Assembly (NCBI GenBank): GCA_046085865.1
Contig: JBJSWM010000138.1
Coordinates: forward strand, 1-36,390
Length of the DNA: 36,390 nt
Source of the DNA: Pirellulaceae bacterium
Lineage (GTDB): Bacteria > Planctomycetota > Planctomycetia > Pirellulales > Pirellulaceae
Direction: 5' to 3'
Below the pieces are notes generated by a model. That model had not been told where the DNA came from. It saw only the letters and a list, made by a program, of their open reading frames with translations, and searched no databases. Position 1 is the first letter of the stretch; every line of letters starts with the position of its first letter. Below, one piece after another: positions 28,480-36,214 of this stretch. The position numbers and the translations under genes were made by a program.

Positions 28480-29172
28480 ATGCCTCGCGATGTTTTCGGC
28501 CGCTGCCCCAGGACGGCCTCGATCGCCATGGCCATTGTGTTTGCCATCGCTTCCCTGGCCACCAGCCTTTCCCAGGTCGCTTCCCGACTACTGGCTGAGC
28601 CGCCACCTGCCAAGGAGGCACCTGCCAAGGGGGCACCTGCCAAGGAGGCACCGAGTCGCGAGGAGGGATTGCGCGGTGGTGCCAAAGCCGAGTCAAAAAA
28701 ACCGGAGGAATCCAAGAGCCCTGCGGAACAGAAAGAAGCGCAGCGCAAAGAAGCAGAGGAAAAAGCTCAGCGAGATGCTGCGCGCAAACGAGGCGAATAC
28801 ACCTTTGACGATTTGAAATTCGAGATTGAGCGGGGGGGAGCTTTCCAAGAAGAAATGCTGACCGACGCGATCCGGTCGCTCAACAAAAAGACGATGCGCA
28901 TTCGTGGCTACATCCTCCCAACCTCCGTTTTTCAGCAGAAAGGAATCAAGCAGTTTGTTCTGGTGCGAGACAACCAGGAATGCTGCTTCGGCCCGGGGGC
29001 AATGATCTACGATTGCATCATCGTCGAAATGCAGGAGGGCAGAACGGCCGATTTTGCCACACGCCCGGTGACGGTGCAGGGCCGCTTTGAGATCGATCCC
29101 AATAGCTACCGATACTCACCCGATGGGGACCACTACGCGATCTTCCGCATCAAGGCCACCGAGGTCAAATAG
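28480..29172 (+). CDS. Secreted protein, DUF3299-like C-terminal domain (tentative)
   Basis: It has a signal peptide and AGGAG lies 7 nt upstream of the ATG. A low-complexity PAKEAPAKGAPAKEAP and KE-rich linker follows. The C-terminal MRIRGYILP...KQFVLVRDNQECCFGPG pattern resembles DUF3299. Confidence 0.6.
   Translation: MPRDVFGRCPRTASIAMAIVFAIASLATSLSQVASRLLAEPPPAKEAPAKGAPAKEAPSREEGLRGGAKAESKKPEESKSPAEQKEAQRKEAEEKAQRDAARKRGEYTFDDLKFEIERGGAFQEEMLTDAIRSLNKKTMRIRGYILPTSVFQQKGIKQFVLVRDNQECCFGPGAMIYDCIIVEMQEGRTADFATRPVTVQGRFEIDPNSYRYSPDGDHYAIFRIKATEVK
28604..28648 (+). repeat. Three tandem 15-bp repeats (cacctgccaagg[a/g]gg) inside the CDS, encoding (P)AKEAPAKGAPAKEAP
   Basis: Read directly: units are at 28604-28618, 28619-28633 and 28634-28648, with one substitution in the middle unit. 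Confidence 0.9.
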
Positions 29173-29193
29173 CATCCTCCTTCGCTACCCGAC

Positions 29194-29910
29194 TCATCGA
29201 CTCGAAGATCGATCTCGCGATCTTAGAAACATCAGGACGTAATAGCCCAGCGTCAAAATCGCCTGAAGTGTCGCAGCGACGTAGGTGAGGGCCGCGGCAT
29301 TGAGCACCTTGCTAACCGAACGCAACTGCCGCGGGTCGATAATGCCCTGTTCCACCAACTGTCGTTTGGCGCGGTTGGACGCGTCGAACTCCACTGGCAA
29401 ATTGACCAATTGAAAGAAAACGGTCCCCGCGAAACCAATAATCCCTGCGAGGAACAGATTGCTGGCCAGGGCATTGTTGGCGGAACCCATCAGCATCAGG
29501 CCACCCAGCATCAACCAGGAGCCGATGTTGGAACCCATGTTGGCCACAGGGACAGCCAGATTGCGGATCAGCATCGGGGTGTATTGATCGGCATCCTGGA
29601 TGGCATGCCCTGCCTCATGGGCTGCAATGCCGACCGCGGCCATCGACGTTCCGCGATACACTTCCGAACTCAATCGCAGCACCTTCGACCGCGGGTCGTA
29701 ATGATCGCTCAGACGTCCTGGAACCTGTTCGACCTGGACGTCGTGAAGCCCCGAAGCGTCCAGAAGTTGCCTGGCCGCCTGCGCCCCGCTGATGCCAGCA
29801 GGTACCTGAGACATTTCAGCATACGACTGACTGACCCGCCACTGCGCAAAAAATGCCAAGAGAAGGGCAGGGGAGAGCATCAGCAAAAATACCGGATCGT
29901 AGATAAACAT
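29194..29910 (-). CDS. Membrane zinc metallopeptidase (YugP / Zn_peptidase_2-like)
   Basis: 238 aa with an HEAGHAIQD (HExxH) site, an N-terminal TM helix and C-terminal TM helices. The layout is typical of the putative neutral zinc metallopeptidase family. Confidence 0.8.
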   Translation of the reverse strand: MFIYDPVFLLMLSPALLLAFFAQWRVSQSYAEMSQVPAGISGAQAARQLLDASGLHDVQVEQVPGRLSDHYDPRSKVLRLSSEVYRGTSMAAVGIAAHEAGHAIQDADQYTPMLIRNLAVPVANMGSNIGSWLMLGGLMLMGSANNALASNLFLAGIIGFAGTVFFQLVNLPVEFDASNRAKRQLVEQGIIDPRQLRSVSKVLNAAALTYVAATLQAILTLGYYVLMFLRSRDRSSSR

Positions 29911-30096
29911 GCTCTCGCCAGCCCTTGTTGCTTTAGTTCACTCGGTCGATCTGCCACTTGCCTCCGCGGCAGCACCTCTGAAATCCACTCGACATTGTAT
30001 CCAGCCGACCTAGCAGCCTCTCGGATTTCACTTGCTGCCGTTCCTTTTCCAACGACCCGGCGCCTGTCCGATCATCCAGGGTGCAATCATCATGCC

Positions 30097-30116
30097 AAAA
30101 AAATGGCAGCCGCTGC
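30097..30116 (-). terminator. Weak candidate intrinsic terminator after the 30131 ORF
   Basis: The minus strand reads gcagc-g-gctgc, then ca, then TTTTTTT. It lies 15 nt after the stop codon. The stem is short, hence the low confidence. Confidence 0.25.
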
Positions 30117-30130
30117 GATCCAACAATCCC

Positions 30131-31117
30131 TCACCACCCGGAAGGCGGTCGCCAACCAGGCGAGGGTTCGGCCATCATCGCTTGGCAACAGGGGATCCAG
30201 CCCCCTGGTCCCTGGCGGTCCCAGAATTTTCGCACCAATTCGGCCAGTCGACCGATGGCAAGTTCTCGCGATCGATCGCCCGAATGAAACGGCTCCTCCC
30301 ATGCGGGCGGCCACCAAGCCGCCAGTGCCGGCTCCAGCAATTCTCCGGCGGGCCCTGAGAGTTCCAGCGATTCGCCCGCCTCCAGCACCATAGGCACCAT
30401 AGCGGCGGCCGCCAGAAGAAGCCAATCGCGGGTCAGGCGCACGTCGTGAAGGGTCTGCGTGTGGCGGACGCATGGCAACCCCTGACGCCAAAGGGATGGC
30501 TGAATCCCTAGCCACAGCAGCCTCAGCAACTCCGGAAGCTTCGGGTTGGAATTGGTCAGCATCGCTTCCCAGGCAATCCGGTCGGCCAGATGGGTCTGAT
30601 CGATGCGGGTCCAATGGGGCACCATCGAAGCCCAGCCTCCACCGCCGGTGTGGGGCATCAGCAACCAGACTTGCACCGGTCGATCCCCGACGGAGCACCC
30701 CGCCCCCCTTTCCACTCGGCGCACCAGAGCACGGCCATATCCATCCCACAATTCCCGGATCGGCCGGGATCGCAACTCCAATGGACGCTCAGTCGCCTCG
30801 CCACCCTTTCGAGCCCCATTCTGTTCGATTCGGTCGATCAGCGACTGGGAGTCGATGGAGGGATGGATCCACCTGGACCAAGAAACATAGGACGAGGAAG
30901 CGGGGGAGAATTCGGCCGCCGTCCGCGACGCCCCTTCGGCGATCCAGTCGCTCCACCATGCCTCACGGGCTTCCTGTGGCAGCAAGCGATCGATTTCCTC
31001 GAAACCGATCCGATCCTCCTGCGCCACCTGGTCCTGGAGAAGAGACCTGCCGCGCGTTACCTGCCAGGCGCCATACCACCGGGTTGGTTCGGACGAGACC
31101 TCCCAAATCCACTGCAT
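30131..31117 (-). CDS. Hypothetical protein, Trp-rich (24 W over the 334 codons counted from TTG 31135), no family recognised
   Basis: This is the only frame here with protein-like composition; the overlapping + and - ORFs are Arg/Pro/Ser-rich shadows. ATG 31117 is preceded by GAGG 5 nt upstream. TTG 31135 is the ORF-track start. It lies 33-50 bp downstream of aroH on the same strand. Confidence 0.5.
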   Translation of the reverse strand: MQWIWEVSSEPTRWYGAWQVTRGRSLLQDQVAQEDRIGFEEIDRLLPQEAREAWWSDWIAEGASRTAAEFSPASSSYVSWSRWIHPSIDSQSLIDRIEQNGARKGGEATERPLELRSRPIRELWDGYGRALVRRVERGAGCSVGDRPVQVWLLMPHTGGGGWASMVPHWTRIDQTHLADRIAWEAMLTNSNPKLPELLRLLWLGIQPSLWRQGLPCVRHTQTLHDVRLTRDWLLLAAAAMVPMVLEAGESLELSGPAGELLEPALAAWWPPAWEEPFHSGDRSRELAIGRLAELVRKFWDRQGPGGWIPCCQAMMAEPSPGWRPPSGW

Positions 31118-31167
31118 CGCTGCCTCGGTATCCAATCAGAAAATGGCTCAATCGATCGGACGGGTCT

Positions 31168-31617
31168 CTAGCGTCGCGGTTGCATCTGCTCACCAATCCA
31201 CGCTTCCAGTTCCTCCCAGTCGACCGGGGGCAATTTGGAGAGGTCGGGCCGGAGCGACATTGCGTCATGGATGTAGACATGATGGATGGCATGCTGAGGC
31301 AGCGTCGTGTTCCAGTGGACCAGGATCCGCACACACCGCGGCAACGAACCAGGGACCTCCAGTTCGTAGCCGCAAAGGAGCGGCACTTCCAGCCACCCCA
31401 TCTGCCTGGCTGCGAGCGCCGGAAACTCGGCATTGAGATCTTTTGTCAGCGTGAAGATCGCGCTGCAGACATCCTCCGATCGGATTTCATTGCGGCGGAT
31501 CATCAAGGCCAAAAGCTGCCGGGTTGCCTTAAGAATCGACTCTTTGGAATTCTCTTCTACCGTGGTCGCGCCTCGAACCCCTCGGCAAACCGTAGTCATG
31601 ATGCTCGCGTCTTTCAT
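31168..31617 (-). CDS. aroH: Chorismate mutase, AroH class
   Basis: [51 protein letters not shown] and [15 protein letters not shown] match the monofunctional AroH fold. The start is ATG 31617 or 31599. The upstream part of the 31782 ORF is non-coding repeat DNA. Confidence 0.8.
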   Translation of the reverse strand: MKDASIMTTVCRGVRGATTVEENSKESILKATRQLLALMIRRNEIRSEDVCSAIFTLTKDLNAEFPALAARQMGWLEVPLLCGYELEVPGSLPRCVRILVHWNTTLPQHAIHHVYIHDAMSLRPDLSKLPPVDWEELEAWIGEQMQPRR

Positions 31618-31784
31618 CCTGAGTCTTTTTTGGTGCTGAATCCCGCAGACGGCTAAGCTGCCGGAAGCCCCGCCTCGACCCCTCGGAGACTCCCTGCCCG
31701 ATGGACTATCATAACAACTATTGAGGGATCCGATCACGTCATCATCGGTCCGGAGCGACGGATCGATCGGGGACCTCTGCAATC

Positions 31785-31844
31785 AATCGTCTGGCAGAAA
31801 ATCGTCTGGCAGAAAATCGCTTGGCACGAAATCGCTTGGTACTG
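31785..31844. repeat. Four tandem 15-bp repeats (aatcgtctggcagaa x2, aatcgcttggcacga, aatcgcttggtactg) directly abutting the SD of the response-regulator gene
   Basis: Read directly: units are at 31785-31799, 31800-31814, 31815-31829 and 31830-31844. They are followed by GGAGG (31845-31849) and ATG 31856. Confidence 0.9.
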
Positions 31845-31855
31845 GGAGGCAATCG

Positions 31856-33355
31856 ATGAGCGAAGGGGACAAATCCAGCTCGTCCGATCTGGCAGATGCA
31901 AAAAACTATTCCCTGCTGATTGTCGACAACGACCCGGCGCACGCCCGCGCGATGACCGAGAGCTTGGAACGCGTGGGGTATCGCTGCACGGTGGCCACCA
32001 GCGGACCGGAAGGCAAGCAACGACTCGATCAGAACGCCTACGATATCCTGATCACCGACCTAGTGATGAACGATGTCGACGGCATGCAGATGCTCGACCA
32101 CTGCCGAAGGCTGCTCCCTGAATGCGAAGTGATCATGGTCACAGGACATGCCACCGTCCCCAAGGCGGTGGAGGCGATGCAGCAGGGAGCTTTTACTTTC
32201 CTCGAAAAGCCGATCACACCCAATCGGCTGCGCGCGGTGGTGGCTAAGGCGATCGAGGCAGTGCGGCTGAAACAGACCAATACCGAGCTGCGCCAACGGC
32301 TCGATGAGAAATTCGGCTACGAAGGGATCATCTTCCAAAGCCAGAGCATGCAGACGGTGATCGACCGGATCAAACGCATCGCTCCGACCGATGCCACCGT
32401 GCTGATCACCGGCGAGAGCGGCACTGGAAAAGAATTGATCGCTCGAGCCATTCACCAGAATTCGCCACGCAAGGCGAAGCGCCTGGTCGCACTAAATGTC
32501 CGAGCTGTCTCGGAAAATCTAGTCGAAAGCGAATTGTTCGGGCACGTCCGAGGCGCCTACACCGATGCGATCCATGATCGTGAAGGGGCCTTCGAATATG
32601 CCAACGGAGGGACACTGTTCCTTGATGAAGTCGGCGATATGCCGATGAGCACCCAGATCAAACTGCTTCGCGTCCTGGAGGAGCATAAGATCACTCGTGT
32701 CGGCGACAACAAGTCGGTCAAGGTCAACGTCCGACTGCTTTCCGCCACCAATCGGCCCCTGGAAGAGATGATCGCCAGCGGCCAATTCCGAAACGACCTC
32801 TTCTATCGGCTCAAGGTGGTCACCGTCCACCTCCCACCGCTGCGGGAACGTCGCGATGACATCATTCCGTTGATGGAACATTTCCGCAAAATGTTCGTGC
32901 GACGCCATGGCAAACCAGCCGGCTCCTTCTCCCAGGCGGTCACTCGGCTGTTCTACGCCTATCCGTGGCCCGGCAATATTCGTCAGTTGAGAAATTTCGT
33001 GGAAACCATGGTGGTGCTCGATGCCGACAGCCTGCTGGATATCGACGATCTACCCCCGGAGCTGATTGAACTGGGAACCCAATCGGGTGAAATGCCAGCA
33101 ATCCCCTCGCCCCCACCACAGCGATCTCAGGAAGGTCCCGAATCGCTCATCGGACAGCCCCTAGACGCCATCGAACGATGGGCCATCCTCGAGACGCTCA
33201 AACGGACCAACGACAACCGCGAAGAAGCAGCTCGCGTCCTCGGTATTGGAGCCCGGACCCTCTATCGAAAGCTCGATCGCTACCGTCAGGAAGGCTCCAC
33301 CGACGGACTGCCCATCCCAGACAGCTCCCTGGATGCAGACGATCCGAACGACTGA
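31856..33355 (+). CDS. Sigma-54-dependent (NtrC-family) response regulator: REC + AAA+ + Fis-type HTH
   Basis: The REC domain is LLIVDNDPAHARAM...DILITDLVMNDVDG. Walker A is GESGTGKELIARAIH, with GGTLFLDEVG also present. The HTH is AARVLGIGARTLYRKL. Start taken at ATG 31856 with GGGAGG upstream. Confidence 0.9.
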   Translation: MSEGDKSSSSDLADAKNYSLLIVDNDPAHARAMTESLERVGYRCTVATSGPEGKQRLDQNAYDILITDLVMNDVDGMQMLDHCRRLLPECEVIMVTGHATVPKAVEAMQQGAFTFLEKPITPNRLRAVVAKAIEAVRLKQTNTELRQRLDEKFGYEGIIFQSQSMQTVIDRIKRIAPTDATVLITGESGTGKELIARAIHQNSPRKAKRLVALNVRAVSENLVESELFGHVRGAYTDAIHDREGAFEYANGGTLFLDEVGDMPMSTQIKLLRVLEEHKITRVGDNKSVKVNVRLLSATNRPLEEMIASGQFRNDLFYRLKVVTVHLPPLRERRDDIIPLMEHFRKMFVRRHGKPAGSFSQAVTRLFYAYPWPGNIRQLRNFVETMVVLDADSLLDIDDLPPELIELGTQSGEMPAIPSPPPQRSQEGPESLIGQPLDAIERWAILETLKRTNDNREEAARVLGIGARTLYRKLDRYRQEGSTDGLPIPDSSLDADDPND

Positions 33356-33457
33356 TGCGAGGGCTCACGGGTTGCCTAACGCGACCAACGGGCGACAATT
33401 CCTGATTCCTCTCCTGGCGAGGTTCCTGACCGATCGAGTCAACCTGAGAACTGCTCC

Positions 33458-35539
33458 ATGCCCACCATCCAGCGGCTGCCACATAGCCTGATCAACAAGA
33501 TCGCGGCCGGCGAGGTGATCGAAAGACCCGCCAGTGTCGTCAAGGAGCTCCTGGAGAACTGCATCGATGCCGGGGCGACACGGATTGAATTGACGCTGGA
33601 GCAGGGGGGGCTGGAGCTGATTCGGATCACCGACGATGGCTGTGGAATCGCCACCGACCAGCTGCCACTGGCCATCGCGCCACACGCCACCAGCAAACTG
33701 CTGTCGGCCGATGACCTCTTTGATGTCCGGACGCTGGGGTTTCGCGGGGAGGCGCTGGCGTCGATCGCCGAAATCAGCCACCTGCTGATTCGTAGCCGGA
33801 CGGCCGAGCAAGCGGAAGGATCGGAACTGACCGTACGAGGCGGGGAGTGCGAACCGATCCGCCCCTGCGCTGCACCGGTCGGAACGACGATGGAAGTGCG
33901 GCACCTGTTCTTCAATACGCCCGTGCGAAGGAAGTTTCTCAAAAGCAGCGGAACCGAAACCAGCCACATCACCGAAGCCTTCACCCGCATGGCGCTCGCC
34001 TATCCAACGATCCACTGGCGACTAGTTTCCTCGGGAAGAAACCTCTTCGACCTCCCACAGTCCCAGCGCTGGTCTGAACGGATCCGGATCTTCTTTGGCG
34101 ATGAAGTCGCCGACAGCCTGATCCCGATCGACCATCAAGAAGGAGAGTTCCACTGGCGAGGCTATGTCTGCGATCCCAGCGTCTCCCGCAGCAACAACCG
34201 CCTGCAGTACCTATTCCTCAACGGCCGCCCCATCCGCGACCGCTCCCTGCAGCATGCGTTGAGCGAAGCGTATCGTGGGCTGCTGATGGTCGGCCGCTTT
34301 CCTTGCTGCTTCCTGAGACTTCAGATGCCGGCCACCGAAGTCGACGTGAATGTCCATCCGACAAAGGCCGAAGTGCGGTTTCTCGATGGTGGCAAACTCT
34401 ATAGCCAACTGCTTCATGCCATTCGCCAAAAATTCCTCAGCTCCGACCTGACCGCTCGAGGGAGCGCCACCGAGGCGTCATCGAACGACGCGATGGGAGC
34501 TGCAAGAAGTTCGGCAGAGCCTTCCAGTGGCCAGGCGGCATCCGCAACTGGCGTGCGGTCGGCGCCCTGGCCCAACCCCGCCGTTCCACAGCAGACAGGC
34601 GCTTTCCCAGCCGCCTCCGGGGCCCAAGTCCATCTCCCGCCAGCTCCCACAACTCCAGGATCCTGGTCCAGCCCGCCCTGGCCATCCAGTCCCGCGTGGC
34701 CCTCCAGCCATGCAACAAGTGGATCTCCAGTTACCGACCCGCCATTCCGCCCATTCCCCGACGCGTTCTCCCCGACGCATCCGGCCCACAGCCCACCAAC
34801 CCAGGGTCATCCCGCGCAGGGTCATCCAGCGAACGACCAACCAGCTCTTCGACTCGTAAGAACCGGCTCCTGGACCTCGCCTTCCATGCCCCTTCCGGGA
34901 AATGCGATTCCATGGAGTCCTGAGGGAGTGACCGGGGAGCCTGAAGCATCGCAGCTCCCACCAACGATTCGACCTCGCGGATTTCAGATCCACCAACGCT
35001 ACATCGTCACCCAGGACGACCGCGGCATGATCGTGATCGATCAGCATGCCCTGCACGAACGCATCCTCTACCAGCAACTCCGCTCGCGTGTCGACTCCGG
35101 ACGACTCGATCGACAAAAACTGCTGGTCCCTCTTCCGGTCACCCTCACGGCAGCCGAAGCGACCCTGGCCTGCGAGTCGAAGGAGGTGCTGGCCGAGGTG
35201 GGATTGGAGATCGAGTCGATCGGGAGCCAGACGGTGCTGGTTTCGGCTTACCCTGCCATGCTGACCCGCGTCAGCCCCGCCGAGGCGTTGCGGTTGGCGT
35301 TAGAGCCGCTGGTTGCCGGTGGCCGAGCTCCGTCGCCGCGCGATCTTTTGGATGCCATGCTACATCAATGGGCATGCAAAGCCGCCATCAAGGCTGGCGA
35401 CCCGCTGACCGATGAAGAGGTCTCCGATCTGCTGGCCCAGCAACACGCCTATCAGGACACCCACCACTGCCCCCATGGACGCCCGACGGCCCTGGTCTTC
35501 TCCTGCGACCAAATCGACCGCATGTTCAAGCGAACGTAG
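33458..35539 (+). CDS. mutL: DNA mismatch repair protein MutL (endonuclease-type)
   Basis: The N-terminus is LINKIAAGEVIERPASVVKELLENCIDAGA, with GFRGEALASI following. The C-terminal domain has IDQHALHERILYQQL (DQHAxxExxxxE), ACKAAIKAGD and HCPHGRP. Confidence 0.95.
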   Translation: MPTIQRLPHSLINKIAAGEVIERPASVVKELLENCIDAGATRIELTLEQGGLELIRITDDGCGIATDQLPLAIAPHATSKLLSADDLFDVRTLGFRGEALASIAEISHLLIRSRTAEQAEGSELTVRGGECEPIRPCAAPVGTTMEVRHLFFNTPVRRKFLKSSGTETSHITEAFTRMALAYPTIHWRLVSSGRNLFDLPQSQRWSERIRIFFGDEVADSLIPIDHQEGEFHWRGYVCDPSVSRSNNRLQYLFLNGRPIRDRSLQHALSEAYRGLLMVGRFPCCFLRLQMPATEVDVNVHPTKAEVRFLDGGKLYSQLLHAIRQKFLSSDLTARGSATEASSNDAMGAARSSAEPSSGQAASATGVRSAPWPNPAVPQQTGAFPAASGAQVHLPPAPTTPGSWSSPPWPSSPAWPSSHATSGSPVTDPPFRPFPDAFSPTHPAHSPPTQGHPAQGHPANDQPALRLVRTGSWTSPSMPLPGNAIPWSPEGVTGEPEASQLPPTIRPRGFQIHQRYIVTQDDRGMIVIDQHALHERILYQQLRSRVDSGRLDRQKLLVPLPVTLTAAEATLACESKEVLAEVGLEIESIGSQTVLVSAYPAMLTRVSPAEALRLALEPLVAGGRAPSPRDLLDAMLHQWACKAAIKAGDPLTDEEVSDLLAQQHAYQDTHHCPHGRPTALVFSCDQIDRMFKRT

Positions 35540-35561
35540 ATCGCGAATCCATCCCGTCCGC

Positions 35562-36134
35562 TCAAGCGGAGGGCGAGTGGCCTAGCCCCAGGGCGCCGGC
35601 GATTGGCCGAAGCGATTCGATGCAGGTGGCGATATGCTCCTCTAGCGCTACCCCGAACTCCTCCGCCCCGCGCACGATATCGTCGCGATTGACCGCCGCT
35701 GCGAATCCTTTGGTCTTCATTTTCTTCAGCACACCTGCCACCTGCATCCCCTCCAGTCGCTCCGGCCGCACCCAGGCGCAAGCAACCAGAAACCCGCACA
35801 GCTCATCGCAGGCATAAAGGCCGCGGTCCAGAAGCGATCGTCGTGGATAGCGATCGGCAAGATAATCGGCATGCGACAGGATCGCGTAGATCACTTCCTC
35901 CGGATAGCCACGATCTCGCAGGATCGCACTGCCTTGCAGCGGGTGATCAGGAGCCGTCGGCCAACGCTCGTAGTCGAAATCATGCAGCAGACCAACCTGC
36001 CCCCATCGCTCGACATCCTCCCCCAGCTTCTGCGCGTAGCAGCGCATCGCCTGCTCCACCGCCAGCATGTGGCGACGAAGCGACACATTCTCCACCATCG
36101 ACTCCATCAAAGCCAAATCCTCGGTGCGCCCCAC
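35562..36134 (-). CDS. HD/HDIG-domain metal-dependent phosphohydrolase
   Basis: Supporting motifs are LRRHMLAVEQAMRCYA, GLLHDFDYERW and ILSHADY. GTG 36134 is preceded by AAGGAG 9 nt upstream, and ATG 36107 is an alternative start. The longer 36368 ORF start is rejected. Confidence 0.8.
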   Translation of the reverse strand: MGRTEDLALMESMVENVSLRRHMLAVEQAMRCYAQKLGEDVERWGQVGLLHDFDYERWPTAPDHPLQGSAILRDRGYPEEVIYAILSHADYLADRYPRRSLLDRGLYACDELCGFLVACAWVRPERLEGMQVAGVLKKMKTKGFAAAVNRDDIVRGAEEFGVALEEHIATCIESLRPIAGALGLGHSPSA

Positions 36135-36214
36135 CTGAACGATCTCCTTCCCAGCCCCTGCTGAACTTCGGCTTTCTGAACTCCTACCCTGGTGGTATCG
36201 CCAACTGGCGGCGA

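Noticed and set aside
30472-31656. 394-aa plus-strand ORF, and the 30090-30749 minus-strand ORF
   Set aside because: Both are Arg/Pro/Ser-rich. The plus-strand ORF is antisense to aroH and to the more protein-like 30131-31135 frame. It is kept only as an alternative to test in the Trp-rich ORF finding.
31815-31835. Sigma-54 promoter-like TGGCAC-N-GC element (ttggcacgaaatcgctt) inside the third 15-bp repeat
   Set aside because: The GG to GC spacing is one nucleotide shorter than the strict -24/-12 spacing (TGGCAC-N5-TTGC), and the -12 TTGC is not matched. It is mentioned only as part of the repeat finding.
28604-31844. Tandem 15-bp repeat arrays (28604-28648 and 31785-31844) considered as CRISPR-like
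   Set aside because: The units are contiguous with no spacers and only 3-4 copies, there are no cas genes, and one array is in frame inside a CDS. These are not CRISPR arrays.
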